Program-made: the position numbers and the translations under genes
Part shown: positions 1 through 11,321 of the stretch, in pieces
Layout of the letters: the number at the start of each line of letters is the position of its first letter
Position numbering within the stretch: the stretch's first letter is position 1
Notes under the pieces: model-generated
Seen by the model: only the letters and a program-made list of their open reading frames with translations
Told to the model about the DNA's origin: nothing
Database searches by the model: none
Assembly: GCA_017992555.1 (NCBI GenBank)
Contig: JAGOOK010000004.1
Span: 1 to 63,233, forward strand
Direction of reading: 5' to 3'
Length of the DNA: 63,233 nt
From: Caldisericia bacterium
GTDB lineage: Bacteria > Caldisericota > Caldisericia > JAAYUI01

Positions 1-298
1 TTTGCATGGACTCAAAGTTAATACGACAATTTGTTTAAGTCAAATTAGAGTTTATTTAATGATGCATTCAAAACAACACTGGTTTTTTGATGACTTCATA
101 ATTAAAGGTTAAAAAGTTCGGTTAAGAAAGGTTTTTCCCAATAATTTGTCAACAACAAAGAAAACCAACTTCCAATACATTTTTTTGGACTACCCTAAAA
201 TATAAAAACAGAACTATATTTTTATGCAAAGAATGAAATCCTGTTAAATACCACATTTAATTGTGGGGATAAGGAATGATTTCAGGTTTGAGAAAAAT

Positions 299-333
299 AA
301 AAAACCAGGGACTAAAAAAGTCCCTGGTTTTTT
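299..333. terminator. Bidirectional intrinsic terminator downstream of groEL
   Basis: Perfect inverted repeat AAAAAACCAGGGACT-AAAAA-AGTCCCTGGTTTTTT with T/A tails on both sides. Confidence 0.9.
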
Positions 334-351
334 ATTCCAAACTTGTCAGAA

Positions 352-2275
<1,924 letters not shown>

Positions 2276-2296
2276 GCTATCCTCCTTGCATATTTT

Positions 2297-2323
2297 TTAG
2301 CAGTCTTATGACATAACTGCTAA
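2297..2323. promoter_or_regulatory. CIRCE-like operator (HrcA site), variant
   Basis: TTAGCAGTC-N9-AACTGCTAA vs canonical TTAGCACTC-N9-GAGTGCTAA; lies between the -10 element and the groES RBS. Confidence 0.8.
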
Positions 2324-2333
2324 CCAAGGACAT

Positions 2334-2362
2334 TTTATATCAATGTCCCAAAGTTTTGTCAA
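2334..2362 (-). promoter_or_regulatory. Sigma70-type promoter of groESL
   Basis: Minus strand TTGACA-N17-TATAAA with TGn extension. Confidence 0.8.
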
Positions 2363-2477
2363 GTGCCAAAGATTTCGTTTTCGCTTAATCTAAACAACAT
2401 ACCAATGGTATCGGCTATGACTTCAATCACGACATTAATTGGCACTCGGAGTACATATTTGCAAACCTCATCGTTTC

Positions 2478-2506
2478 TTGACCTAAAGCAAAAGCAGAAC
2501 TACAAT
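2478..2506 (+). promoter_or_regulatory. Sigma70-type promoter of the yitT-ftsEX operon
   Basis: TTGACC-N17-TACAAT ending 11 nt before the ATG at 2518. Confidence 0.65.
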
Positions 2507-2517
2507 TATTTTTTGCG

Positions 2518-3402
2518 ATGAGCTACAATTTTAAACGTGAGATAAAACGATATACTGGGATTGCGGCGGGAGTAATAATCGAGTCACTTTCCTATGCTTT
2601 GTTCCTTGTACCAAACAAAATAGCACCTGGTGGAATGACAGCGGTTGCCATCATTGTCAATTCTTTAACAAATGGTTTTTTGCCGGTAGGCTTCTCATAC
2701 TTTTTGCTCAATCTGCCATGGCTTGGTCTGGCATGGAAAAAAATGGGCCACAAGTACATCACCAGAACCCTTGTAATATCTTTCATTTCGTTTATTTTTA
2801 CTGACTTGTTTATATTCCTTATCAATAAATATCTTCCTGTAAAACTTACATCCGACATGCTTCTTGCTTCAGTTTTCGGCGGAATTCTCAATGGACTGGG
2901 GATAGGTCTGACGTTCAAAAACAGGGCAAGCGCTGGCGGAACCGATCTTATATCACAAGTAATCCACTACTACACCAAATTTCCATTCGGTCAAACTGTC
3001 CTGATTGTTGATTCGGTGGTAATAATAGGGCTCGCATTTTATTTCCAGAACGCAAACCTGTTCATATACGCCATGGTTGCCCTTGTCATAAGCAGTTTCG
3101 TAATAGATGCTGTCCAGGAAGGCATCTCTTTTACAAAATGCATGAGCGTCATTACAACGGAAGTGGAACGGATAAAGGAAAATTTGATATTGCGTCTGGG
3201 CAGGGGATTTACGATAATAGATGTCAAGGGTGGGTTCACTGGAGATGACAAAAAAATGCTGGTAATGGCCGTTCACAGGTCACAGCTTGCGGAGGCCAAA
3301 AAAATCATCCTTGAAACCGATCCAAAATCTTTTATCATGATCGGCCCATTAAATGAAGTCTTGGGCGAGGGGTTCAAAAACCCGAAAATGGAGGAGTGGT
3401 AA
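2518..3402 (+). CDS. YitT/YqfU family membrane protein (DUF161 + DUF2179)
   Basis: IAPGGMTAVA, ASAGGTDL, GRGFT...GGFTG motifs; multiple hydrophobic helices. Confidence 0.9.
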   Translation: MSYNFKREIKRYTGIAAGVIIESLSYALFLVPNKIAPGGMTAVAIIVNSLTNGFLPVGFSYFLLNLPWLGLAWKKMGHKYITRTLVISFISFIFTDLFIFLINKYLPVKLTSDMLLASVFGGILNGLGIGLTFKNRASAGGTDLISQVIHYYTKFPFGQTVLIVDSVVIIGLAFYFQNANLFIYAMVALVISSFVIDAVQEGISFTKCMSVITTEVERIKENLILRLGRGFTIIDVKGGFTGDDKKMLVMAVHRSQLAEAKKIILETDPKSFIMIGPLNEVLGEGFKNPKMEEW

Positions 3403-4071
3403 ATGCTCGATGTGATGTCGGTCACGAAGTCATACCCGGGTAAAATGGCACTTTCCAACGTATCTTTCGAACTAAAAAAAGGTGAATTTGCTTTTCTCAT
3501 GGGTTCATCTGGTTCTGGTAAAAGCACGCTTCTCAAGCTCATCTACGCCGCAGAACAACCGACTTCAGGCAGAATCTTTCTAGAAAACAAAGATGTATCA
3601 AAACTCTCCCCATACAAAACTGCACTCCTGCGCAGAAGGATTGGCATAGTCTTCCAGGATTTCAAGCTCATCTCCACAAAAACAGTTTGGGAAAATGTTG
3701 CGTTTGCCATGGAAGTGCAAGGAGCAGCCAGCAGGAACATAAAACACAAGGTCGCCGAAGTCCTTGGGTTTGTTGGTCTCAACCTGCGTTCAAGGGATTT
3801 TCCAAACATGCTTTCAGGAGGAGAACAACAGAGAATAGCCATCGCAAGAGCGCTAGTCAATGATCCTCCATTGCTCCTGGCAGACGAACCAACTGGAAAC
3901 CTCGACTACGAGAATTCACTTTCTGTGCTTGATCTCCTTCTCAAAATCAACACAAGAGGGACTTCCATTCTCATAGCCACTCACGATAAAAACATGGTGG
4001 AGAGCACTAAAAAGAGGATTATAAAGCTGGACCATGGGCAGAAAGTGAGTGATGCAAATGTTCTTTCGTGA
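3403..4071 (+). CDS. ftsE: Cell-division ABC ATPase FtsE
   Basis: Walker A GSSGSGKST, IGIVFQDFKL, LSGGEQQR, LLADEPTGNLD; upstream of ftsX-like gene. Confidence 0.93.
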   Translation: MLDVMSVTKSYPGKMALSNVSFELKKGEFAFLMGSSGSGKSTLLKLIYAAEQPTSGRIFLENKDVSKLSPYKTALLRRRIGIVFQDFKLISTKTVWENVAFAMEVQGAASRNIKHKVAEVLGFVGLNLRSRDFPNMLSGGEQQRIAIARALVNDPPLLLADEPTGNLDYENSLSVLDLLLKINTRGTSILIATHDKNMVESTKKRIIKLDHGQKVSDANVLS

Positions 4072-4942
4072 GCTGGCCTGGGCGTTCAAATCAATCTTCA
4101 GGTCTAAAGCAAGGTCAACAGCTGCAATAGCTGTTACCGCAGTCACTATTTTTCTCATGAGCACGACCCTTCTCCTTGGAATAGCCGGGGCAAATTTTGG
4201 CAGAACTGCACGCGAAAGGTTCACACTCCCTGTTTATTTAAATTCAAACGCAGACTCTAACATTGCACAAAACATGTCTGAGCAGATAAAACTCTTGCCA
4301 AACGTGAAAGATGTAAAAGTACTTACCCCAGATGACCTGCTAAAAAAAGAGGGTGAATCACTCCATCTTTCACCAGAACAAATAATCCAATCTATTTCCT
4401 ACAATCCTCTTCCATACAGCCTTGTTGTGGTCCCGGAAAACCCGCAGGACATCGATGCACTCGCAAAAAGAATAAAGCAGTTCACAATGGTGGAAGACGT
4501 CGACTATGAATCGGATGTAATCAACAAGTTCGTCAATCTTTTTGACCTTTTCATCTGGATAGCTCTTGGCCTTGCTATGCTTTCCATACTCGTCTCAAGC
4601 ATTGTCATTGGGTCAACCATATCGCTCTCGATTGCATCCAGGATTGAGGAGATTGAAGTGATGAGTTTCGTCGGTGCTTCTCCTGGCACAATCCTCGGCC
4701 CTTTCATAATAGAAGGTGTTTTTTATGGGTTGATTGGCGGTGGCATCTCGGCAGCTGGAATATATTTTGGCTGGAAATATCTCCAGACAATTTTTCAAAC
4801 AAACCTTCCCTGGTTTAATCTGTCAATCGGACAAACAGTTTTTTATTCAATTGTAGCCGGAACTGTCGTTTTTGGTTTCCTGACCGGCCTCATAACAAGC
4901 TGGCTTTCTTCCAGAAACACGCTTAGGAGGATAAGGGCTTGA
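4049..4942 (+). CDS. ftsX: Cell-division permease FtsX
   Basis: 4-TM layout, NPLPYSLVV loop, EIEVMSFVGAS..I.GPFIIEG motif; overlaps ftsE. Confidence 0.9.
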   Translation: MMQMFFRELAWAFKSIFRSKARSTAAIAVTAVTIFLMSTTLLLGIAGANFGRTARERFTLPVYLNSNADSNIAQNMSEQIKLLPNVKDVKVLTPDDLLKKEGESLHLSPEQIIQSISYNPLPYSLVVVPENPQDIDALAKRIKQFTMVEDVDYESDVINKFVNLFDLFIWIALGLAMLSILVSSIVIGSTISLSIASRIEEIEVMSFVGASPGTILGPFIIEGVFYGLIGGGISAAGIYFGWKYLQTIFQTNLPWFNLSIGQTVFYSIVAGTVVFGFLTGLITSWLSSRNTLRRIRA

Positions 4943-6099
4943 GGAAAATTGTCCCTGTTTTTTTAGTATTTCTCGTTGTCCTTTCGGGTTTGCAACTGGC
5001 AAATGCGGGGAACCTTCAGGACGAACTCAAAAGCATCAACAATCGTATCATAACCAACAAGAGAAAGCTCTCGGAAACAAAAAAGTATCAGGATGTGCTT
5101 GGCATCAAGGAAAAGTCAAAGCTCGATGAACAAGCAACAGTAAAAGGGCTCCTTGACGAGTACGAAACAAAAACCGCCAGCACCCAGCAGGAAATAGTTG
5201 AAACTGTAAAAAGAATTGAAGAAGCAAGAAAAAATATGGAAACCAAAGGGAGAGAACTGGATAAAAAGCGTGATGAAGTCGGAAAATTGCTGACTTTTGT
5301 CCATAAGTTCTCCCAAAATAGATTTATAGACTATGTTTTTTCTGCCGAGAGCTTCTCCGAGCTGACCGGAAGGGCCAGATTCACCAACAAAATCCTCAAT
5401 GGTACGGTGAAAGCAATAACCGATCTCCACCTGGAGTCATCGAGAATAGAAACCGCAAGACAGAACCTCGAAAAAGATAAGCAAAGGCTTGCAGAGTTGA
5501 AGGCCGAATACAAAACTCAGGTTGAAAGATATGGGAGCCTCAAAAAAAGGAATGATCAGGTTTTAAACGATATCAAAAACCAGAAACAGTGGACAAAGGA
5601 TGAACTAATAAGAATACAAAGGCAACTTGACAATGATCAGGCCCAAGTAAAAATCATCCTCAAAAAAATTGCTGAAGAGGAAGAAAGACGGAAAAGGGCG
5701 GCCTACAAAGGTGCCTACATGTGGCCGATACCGGTAAACGGTCCCATTGGTCATTTCGGTATGAGAAAACACCCAATCTTTGGCGATGTAAGGATGCACA
5801 CTGGAATCGATATCGATGCAAAGATGGGTGCGCCAATTATGGCTGCTGGAGATGGCTTTGTTGGATTTGTTGGTCAGCTTGGTGGATATGGCAATCTTGT
5901 TATTCTAAGCCATGGAAATGGCATAACGACATTTTATGCACACATGTCAAGGTTTGGGTGCTCAAAGGGACAGCAGGTCAAAAAGGGCCAGGTCATTGGG
6001 TATATCGGCTCAACAGGCTGGAGCACCGGCCCACACCTCCATTTTGAGTACAGGGTCAATGATAAACCCATGAATCCTTTGAGTTATTTGCCAAGGTGA
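4939..6099 (+). CDS. EnvC/CwlO-like coiled-coil + M23 peptidoglycan hydrolase
   Basis: Signal peptide, long coiled coil, intact M23 motifs HTGIDID and STGPHLHFE; follows ftsEX. Confidence 0.9.
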   Translation: MRKIVPVFLVFLVVLSGLQLANAGNLQDELKSINNRIITNKRKLSETKKYQDVLGIKEKSKLDEQATVKGLLDEYETKTASTQQEIVETVKRIEEARKNMETKGRELDKKRDEVGKLLTFVHKFSQNRFIDYVFSAESFSELTGRARFTNKILNGTVKAITDLHLESSRIETARQNLEKDKQRLAELKAEYKTQVERYGSLKKRNDQVLNDIKNQKQWTKDELIRIQRQLDNDQAQVKIILKKIAEEEERRKRAAYKGAYMWPIPVNGPIGHFGMRKHPIFGDVRMHTGIDIDAKMGAPIMAAGDGFVGFVGQLGGYGNLVILSHGNGITTFYAHMSRFGCSKGQQVKKGQVIGYIGSTGWSTGPHLHFEYRVNDKPMNPLSYLPR

Positions 6100-6100
6100 G

Positions 6101-7273
6101 ATGATGAGAGAAAACAAATACACATTTTGGGTAACAATCTCGACATTCCTGATAATCGTTTTTGGTCTGGGAATATTTTGTGGAGTACTTGTAGGTTCCA
6201 GAGCAGCAAAATTCACGCAAACAAAGATCGACATCAACAACATGCCTTTGCTCAGCAAAACTGTTCAGGTGGTTATGGACAATTACTACAGGGCTGATAT
6301 GGTCACGGAAGAGAATCTTGCAAAAGCAATGCTTTTTGGCCTTGACCCATATTCCACGTTCTTCAACAAGGACGAATACAAACTTTTTCAGGACTCCACT
6401 GTCGGAAACTATGTCGGGATTGGTGTGACAATAGGCAATGACCAATCAAAAAGGCATGTCATAGTTCTTCAGGTTTTCGACAAGTCCCCTGCCCTAAGGG
6501 CTGGCGTCGAAGAGGGCTGGGAAATTGTAAAAATAAACGGCTCAAAGCTAAAAAGTACCGATATTGATTATGTTTCGAGCCTGTTGAAAGGCAAAGAAAA
6601 CACAAGCATAAACCTTACTTTCCAGCATGATGGCCTATTTGTTGACAAAACAATTGCTAGAGAGCAGATAACAATCAATACCGTTTCCTCAAAAAATATA
6701 GATAAATACACATATATAAGGCTCAGCAATTTCATGCCGCAGAGTTTTGAGGAAATGAAAAATGCCGTAAACAATTTTGAGCTTTCAGGTTCTAAGGGCT
6801 TGATATTCGATTTGCGCAGAAACCCCGGAGGTTTTGTAAAATCGTGCATTGACATATCAAACCTCTTCCTGGAGCCAGGGACGCTCGCATTCACCAAAGA
6901 CCAGGCGGGAAGAACGGAGGAAATCAAAACAAGCGGCATCAGATTTGAGAAACCACTTGTCATCCTTGTCGATCACTTCACGGCATCAGCCTCTGAAGTT
7001 CTTACCGGAGCTCTTCAAGACAGAGGTGTTGCAACAGTCGTAGGCACAAGGACCTTTGGAAAAGGGCTCATACAAAACATCATACCAGTCCCTCCATTTG
7101 GCGTCATCAAGCTCACAATACAAAGCTATCTGACTCCAAACAGGAACGAGGTTGACGTTGTTGGCATTAAGCCCGATGTAGAGGTTTCAGAAGGTGTTGA
7201 CAACTTCTATCCACTTGATCCAAAGGAAGACCCTTTTATCCAAAAAGCTATCGAAATCCTCAAGGAGAAATAA
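6101..7273 (+). CDS. S41A C-terminal processing peptidase (CtpA/Prc-like) with PDZ domain
   Basis: LDPYSTF, YVGIG (PDZ), DLRRNPGG, TASASE (Ser), TFGKG (Lys). Confidence 0.93.
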   Translation: MMRENKYTFWVTISTFLIIVFGLGIFCGVLVGSRAAKFTQTKIDINNMPLLSKTVQVVMDNYYRADMVTEENLAKAMLFGLDPYSTFFNKDEYKLFQDSTVGNYVGIGVTIGNDQSKRHVIVLQVFDKSPALRAGVEEGWEIVKINGSKLKSTDIDYVSSLLKGKENTSINLTFQHDGLFVDKTIAREQITINTVSSKNIDKYTYIRLSNFMPQSFEEMKNAVNNFELSGSKGLIFDLRRNPGGFVKSCIDISNLFLEPGTLAFTKDQAGRTEEIKTSGIRFEKPLVILVDHFTASASEVLTGALQDRGVATVVGTRTFGKGLIQNIIPVPPFGVIKLTIQSYLTPNRNEVDVVGIKPDVEVSEGVDNFYPLDPKEDPFIQKAIEILKEK

Positions 7274-7276
7274 AAC

Positions 7277-9868
7277 ATGAACTGGCACAGTATTCCACTG
7301 GACGAAACCCTAAAAACAATCGATGCAACTCTTCAAGGTCTCAGCTCGAAAGACTCAAAAAACAGGCTTGAAAAGTATGGCCCCAATGAAATATCTGCAA
7401 AAGAACGTTCATCAATTCTCCAGATGATCGTTGAGCAATTCGTGTCGCCGCTCATCCTGATTCTTTTGGCTGCATGTATTTTTTCAATCATCCAGGGCGA
7501 GTGGGTCGATGCCATAGCAATCATAACTGTTCTGGTGGCAAATGCGACCCTTGGAATAATCCAGCAATACAAATCAGAAGGTGCGCTGGAAGCACTCAAA
7601 AAAATGTCCGCCCCAAAAGCCCACGTTTTCAGAGACAGCTCAATCCATGAGATACCATCATCTGAGGTAGTTCCTGGCGATCTCGTAATACTTTCAGCAG
7701 GAGATCTTGTTCCCGCCGATCTACGACTTGTTGAAACAATTAACCTTGCATGCAACGAAGCGATCCTGACTGGAGAATCAAATCCAGTCCTCAAAGACTG
7801 GTGCATGACAGTTCACGAGCAAGCAACCGTCGGTGACAGAGTGAATATGGCCTTCATGGGAACGGTTGTAACAACCGGCCGAGGCAAGGGAATTGCTGTT
7901 GCCACAGGCAAAGAAACCTCGATGGGCATGATAGCCACAAGCCTTTCGCAGGTCAAAAGAGAAAAAACACCCCTTGAAATCCAGCTCAACCACCTTGGCA
8001 AGGTGTTGTCAATAGTATTCCTGGTTGTATGTGCCGCAGTATTTGTCCTTGGCTGGCTGGAAATGGGAAACCCTGGAGAACAGCTCCTCATGGCAGTTTC
8101 ACTCGCCGTTGCTGCAATTCCTGAGGGTCTTCCAGCAGTTGTAACAATCGTTCTTTCAATAGGAACCACAAGGATGAGCAAACAGGGTGCCATCATCAGA
8201 AGGCTCTCTTCTGTAGAAACACTTGGCTGCACAACCTATATCTGCACCGACAAAACAGGCACGCTCACAGAAAACAGGATGAAGGCCGTCAAGGTCTTCT
8301 ATGGCATGAAGCATTTTGATATGTCCAATGCGCCAAAAGAAGAGTTTGGTCCCCTGGCAAAAGTTGCCCTCCATTGCAATGATGCCGCCTACAATGCAGA
8401 CGGAAATCTAACCGGAGACCCTACAGAAACAGCCCTTATCGAATTTGCGGAAGAAGTTGGTCTTGATGCAAACTCTGTGAGCCCAAGGGTTGATGAGATA
8501 CCATTTGATTCCGACAGAAAAGCCATGACCACTGTCCACAAAGAAAAGGAACAGACTGTTGCATACACGAAGGGCGCATTTGAGGTCGTTCTTCACATGT
8601 CCAACAGACTGTATCTGAACGGAAAAGTTGTTGATCTCGATAATGAAACCAGGAAAAAACTCTCCGAAGAAGGCTCCAAGCTGACAAAGGAAGGCTACAG
8701 GACGCTTGGTTTTGCATTCAAGGTCGCTCCTGTACCAGAACCTGGCGATAAGGTTGAAGAACACAGTCTGGTTCTTGTTGGATATATCGGTCTATACGAT
8801 CCAATAAGGGCCGAGGTTCCACAGGCTGTTCAGGACTGCAAAGATGCAGGAATTGTACCAGTCATGGTAACTGGCGATCATCCTGAGACGGCAATAATCT
8901 ATGCCAGAAAACTCGGCATCGCGACCGAGGATGACAAACCCATCACAGGGAAAGATTTTGCAGAAAACAAACCGGGACTCGATGAACTGATCCCAAAAAC
9001 AAAGGTCTTTGCCAGGGTATCTCCACAAGACAAACTCAGGATAGTTGAAGTTTTACAGAAAAACTCACAGGTCGTGGCAATGACCGGCGATGGCGTCAAT
9101 GATGCACCTGCCCTCAAAAAAGCCGATATAGGCGTCTCAATGGGCAAGTCGGGATCAGAAGTAGCCAAAGATGCCGCATCTTTGATCCTCGTTGATGACA
9201 GCTTCGGAACCATAGTCAAAGCAGTACACGAAGGAAGGGTCATCTACGACAATATCCTCAAATTTATATGGTACATGCTTGGCGCAAACATCGGAGAGGT
9301 ACTGGCAATAGCATTTTCATTGATATTTATGACCGGTTCTCCTCTTGCTCCAATACAATTACTCTGGATCAACCTGCTTACAGATGGTCTCCCAGCACTT
9401 GCCCTCGGTGTTGAACCACCGGAGCCAGGAATAATGAAGCGCATGCCGAGAGACCCAAAACAGAAGTTCCTTAGTGGCAAAGTGCTTTGGGGAATTGTAT
9501 TTAGAGCCATAGCCTTTGGCGTGGCTGTTTACGGCTCATATCTAATTGGTTCTGCAAGAGGTGGGCATGTCCTGGGATCCACCTACGCTTTTGCAACAAC
9601 CGTCATCACCGAGCTCCTTGTCGGGTATACTTGCAGATCATTTACAAAAACGGTTTTTGAAATGAAACTCTGGGGCAATCCACAGCTTCTTGGTGCCATG
9701 GCGCTATCATTTGCGATGTTCTTCATAACGTTCATACCATCACTCCAGCCAATCTTCAAAACAACCGACATAAGCATGGTAGATATTGGAATAATAATCC
9801 TCATGGCACTCATACCACCATTATTTGTCGATATCAGCAAACTATTCCTGAGGCGCTATGCAAAGTAG
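7277..9868 (+). CDS. P-type (P2A, Ca2+-type) cation-transporting ATPase
   Basis: TGES, IPEGL, DKTGT phosphorylation site, TGDH, GDGVNDAPALK, LLWINLLTDG. Confidence 0.95.
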   Translation: MNWHSIPLDETLKTIDATLQGLSSKDSKNRLEKYGPNEISAKERSSILQMIVEQFVSPLILILLAACIFSIIQGEWVDAIAIITVLVANATLGIIQQYKSEGALEALKKMSAPKAHVFRDSSIHEIPSSEVVPGDLVILSAGDLVPADLRLVETINLACNEAILTGESNPVLKDWCMTVHEQATVGDRVNMAFMGTVVTTGRGKGIAVATGKETSMGMIATSLSQVKREKTPLEIQLNHLGKVLSIVFLVVCAAVFVLGWLEMGNPGEQLLMAVSLAVAAIPEGLPAVVTIVLSIGTTRMSKQGAIIRRLSSVETLGCTTYICTDKTGTLTENRMKAVKVFYGMKHFDMSNAPKEEFGPLAKVALHCNDAAYNADGNLTGDPTETALIEFAEEVGLDANSVSPRVDEIPFDSDRKAMTTVHKEKEQTVAYTKGAFEVVLHMSNRLYLNGKVVDLDNETRKKLSEEGSKLTKEGYRTLGFAFKVAPVPEPGDKVEEHSLVLVGYIGLYDPIRAEVPQAVQDCKDAGIVPVMVTGDHPETAIIYARKLGIATEDDKPITGKDFAENKPGLDELIPKTKVFARVSPQDKLRIVEVLQKNSQVVAMTGDGVNDAPALKKADIGVSMGKSGSEVAKDAASLILVDDSFGTIVKAVHEGRVIYDNILKFIWYMLGANIGEVLAIAFSLIFMTGSPLAPIQLLWINLLTDGLPALALGVEPPEPGIMKRMPRDPKQKFLSGKVLWGIVFRAIAFGVAVYGSYLIGSARGGHVLGSTYAFATTVITELLVGYTCRSFTKTVFEMKLWGNPQLLGAMALSFAMFFITFIPSLQPIFKTTDISMVDIGIIILMALIPPLFVDISKLFLRRYAK

Positions 9869-10448
9869 CCTTTTTGTCTTGTCCGGCCCGTCTGGAGTTG
9901 GCAAGACCACAATAAGGCAGGAACTCGCAAAAATGATGCCAGAACTTTTCGTCTCGGTGTCTGCAACAACCAGGCAGAAAAGACCGAATGAGGTGGATGG
10001 TAGGGATTATTTATTTCTGGGCAAAGAAAAATTTGATGTAATGCTTTCAGAAAACGGATTTTTCGAGTGGGCGAATGTCCATGGAAATTACTACGGCACC
10101 CCGACAAAACCAATTGAGGAAAAACTCGCATGTGGCAAGGATGCACTTCTAGTGATCGATGTTCAGGGTGCCTGCCAGGTGAGAGCAAGAATGCCATCCT
10201 CGGCAATATTGATTTTTCTTCTTCCACCCAGTCTGGATGAATTGAAATCAAGGCTTCATGGAAGAAAATCAGATAACATCGAACAGGTAAGATTAAGACT
10301 TGAAAACGCAAAATCAGAGCTAAAATCTTTGTTGAATTATGACTACTCTGTGGTAAATCACACGATAGCCCAAGCGACCCATGATGTCGCAAGCATCATA
10401 AGATGGTGCAGTTACAGGAGGAAATATGATAGACAGGGCAAAAATTGA
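9858..10448 (+). CDS. gmk: Guanylate kinase
   Basis: GPSGVGKTT, SATTRQKRPNEVDGRDYLF, VHGNYYGT, IDVQGA. Confidence 0.96.
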   Translation: MQSSLFVLSGPSGVGKTTIRQELAKMMPELFVSVSATTRQKRPNEVDGRDYLFLGKEKFDVMLSENGFFEWANVHGNYYGTPTKPIEEKLACGKDALLVIDVQGACQVRARMPSSAILIFLLPPSLDELKSRLHGRKSDNIEQVRLRLENAKSELKSLLNYDYSVVNHTIAQATHDVASIIRWCSYRRKYDRQGKN

Positions 10449-10683
10449 GCAATTTATCAAAAACATGGACGGCAACAAATATCTTGCCACCATTTATTTG
10501 ATACGCAGGGTCACTGGCCTGCAAGAAAAATCCGCAAAGCTCATACCAGGATCACAAAGGTTCATGATAGAGCAATCAATCGACGAGTTTCTCGAGGGGA
10601 AATCCAAGGTTTCCTTTGCAGAAGACGCAACCTGCGACATCCCAAAATTTGCAGAAACCCAGGAAGGCCCAAAAGATAAGTAA
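10426..10683 (+). CDS. rpoZ: RNA polymerase omega subunit (probable)
   Basis: 85 aa with NKYLATI...RRVTGL; conserved gmk-rpoZ adjacency. Confidence 0.7.
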   Translation: MIDRAKIEQFIKNMDGNKYLATIYLIRRVTGLQEKSAKLIPGSQRFMIEQSIDEFLEGKSKVSFAEDATCDIPKFAETQEGPKDK

Positions 10684-11321
10684 TGAGGAGCATTGCGCTA
10701 CTCATCATTTTATCCTACCTGGCAGGCTCTTTTCCATCAGGCTATATCGTTGGCTGGCTTTTTGGGAAAGTAGACATAAGACGTGTTGGTTCGAGACAAA
10801 TAGGTGCTGCAAACGTAACCAGACAGCTTGGGATAAAGGTTGGAGCGCTTTCATTATCGCTTGACCTATTGAAAGGTCTTTTGCCAATGTTTGTTACCCA
10901 TTACATCCTTAAACAACCAATGTGGGTAACCTCAGTGTGTGGCATTGCAGCTGTGTTTGGCCATGATTTTTCGATATTTCTGTCATTCCGGGGTGGCGAG
11001 GGCCTTGCAACATCAATGGCTGTAATATTCTTTCTTGCACCATCAAGGTTTCTGCTGATGGCGCCATTTGCCGTAATAACAGTACTGAGCACTGGCTATG
11101 TGACTCTTGGAGGGATCGTACAGCTATGGGGATATGGCGTCACAACCTGGGTAACAGGATCGCCATTGGCATCAGTTTATTCTGTTATATCGTTGATCTT
11201 GCTCGGTCTGACCAAACAAACCCCGTGGATCATGAAAAACCCGCCAACCCAGTTCATGCAACCTAGCTTTGTGGTTCCCCATTCTGATCCCGTTTCAACA
11301 TTCGAGCAAGACAGTCAGTAG
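10683..11321 (+). CDS. plsY: PlsY-family acyl-phosphate acyltransferase, atypical motifs
   Basis: YLAGSFPSG, DIRRVGS..IGAANVTR, DLLKG, AVFGHDFSIFLSFRGG; motif 2 is GGEG and motif 3 is not recognisable. Confidence 0.8.
   Translation: MRSIALLIILSYLAGSFPSGYIVGWLFGKVDIRRVGSRQIGAANVTRQLGIKVGALSLSLDLLKGLLPMFVTHYILKQPMWVTSVCGIAAVFGHDFSIFLSFRGGEGLATSMAVIFFLAPSRFLLMAPFAVITVLSTGYVTLGGIVQLWGYGVTTWVTGSPLASVYSVISLILLGLTKQTPWIMKNPPTQFMQPSFVVPHSDPVSTFEQDSQ

Noticed and set aside
1-262. AT-rich stretch with a short open frame (2-112) and promoter-like hexamers
   Set aside because: Too short and cut by the window edge; no recognisable protein or RNA motif
9866-9868. TAG of the P-type ATPase as evidence of genome-wide TAG recoding
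   Set aside because: The protein is complete after its last TM and read-through would run deep into gmk, so TAG is a normal stop here
11263-11321. 59-nt convergent overlap of plsY-like and tlyA 3' ends
   Set aside because: Both tails are low-information; short convergent overlaps are common in compact genomes
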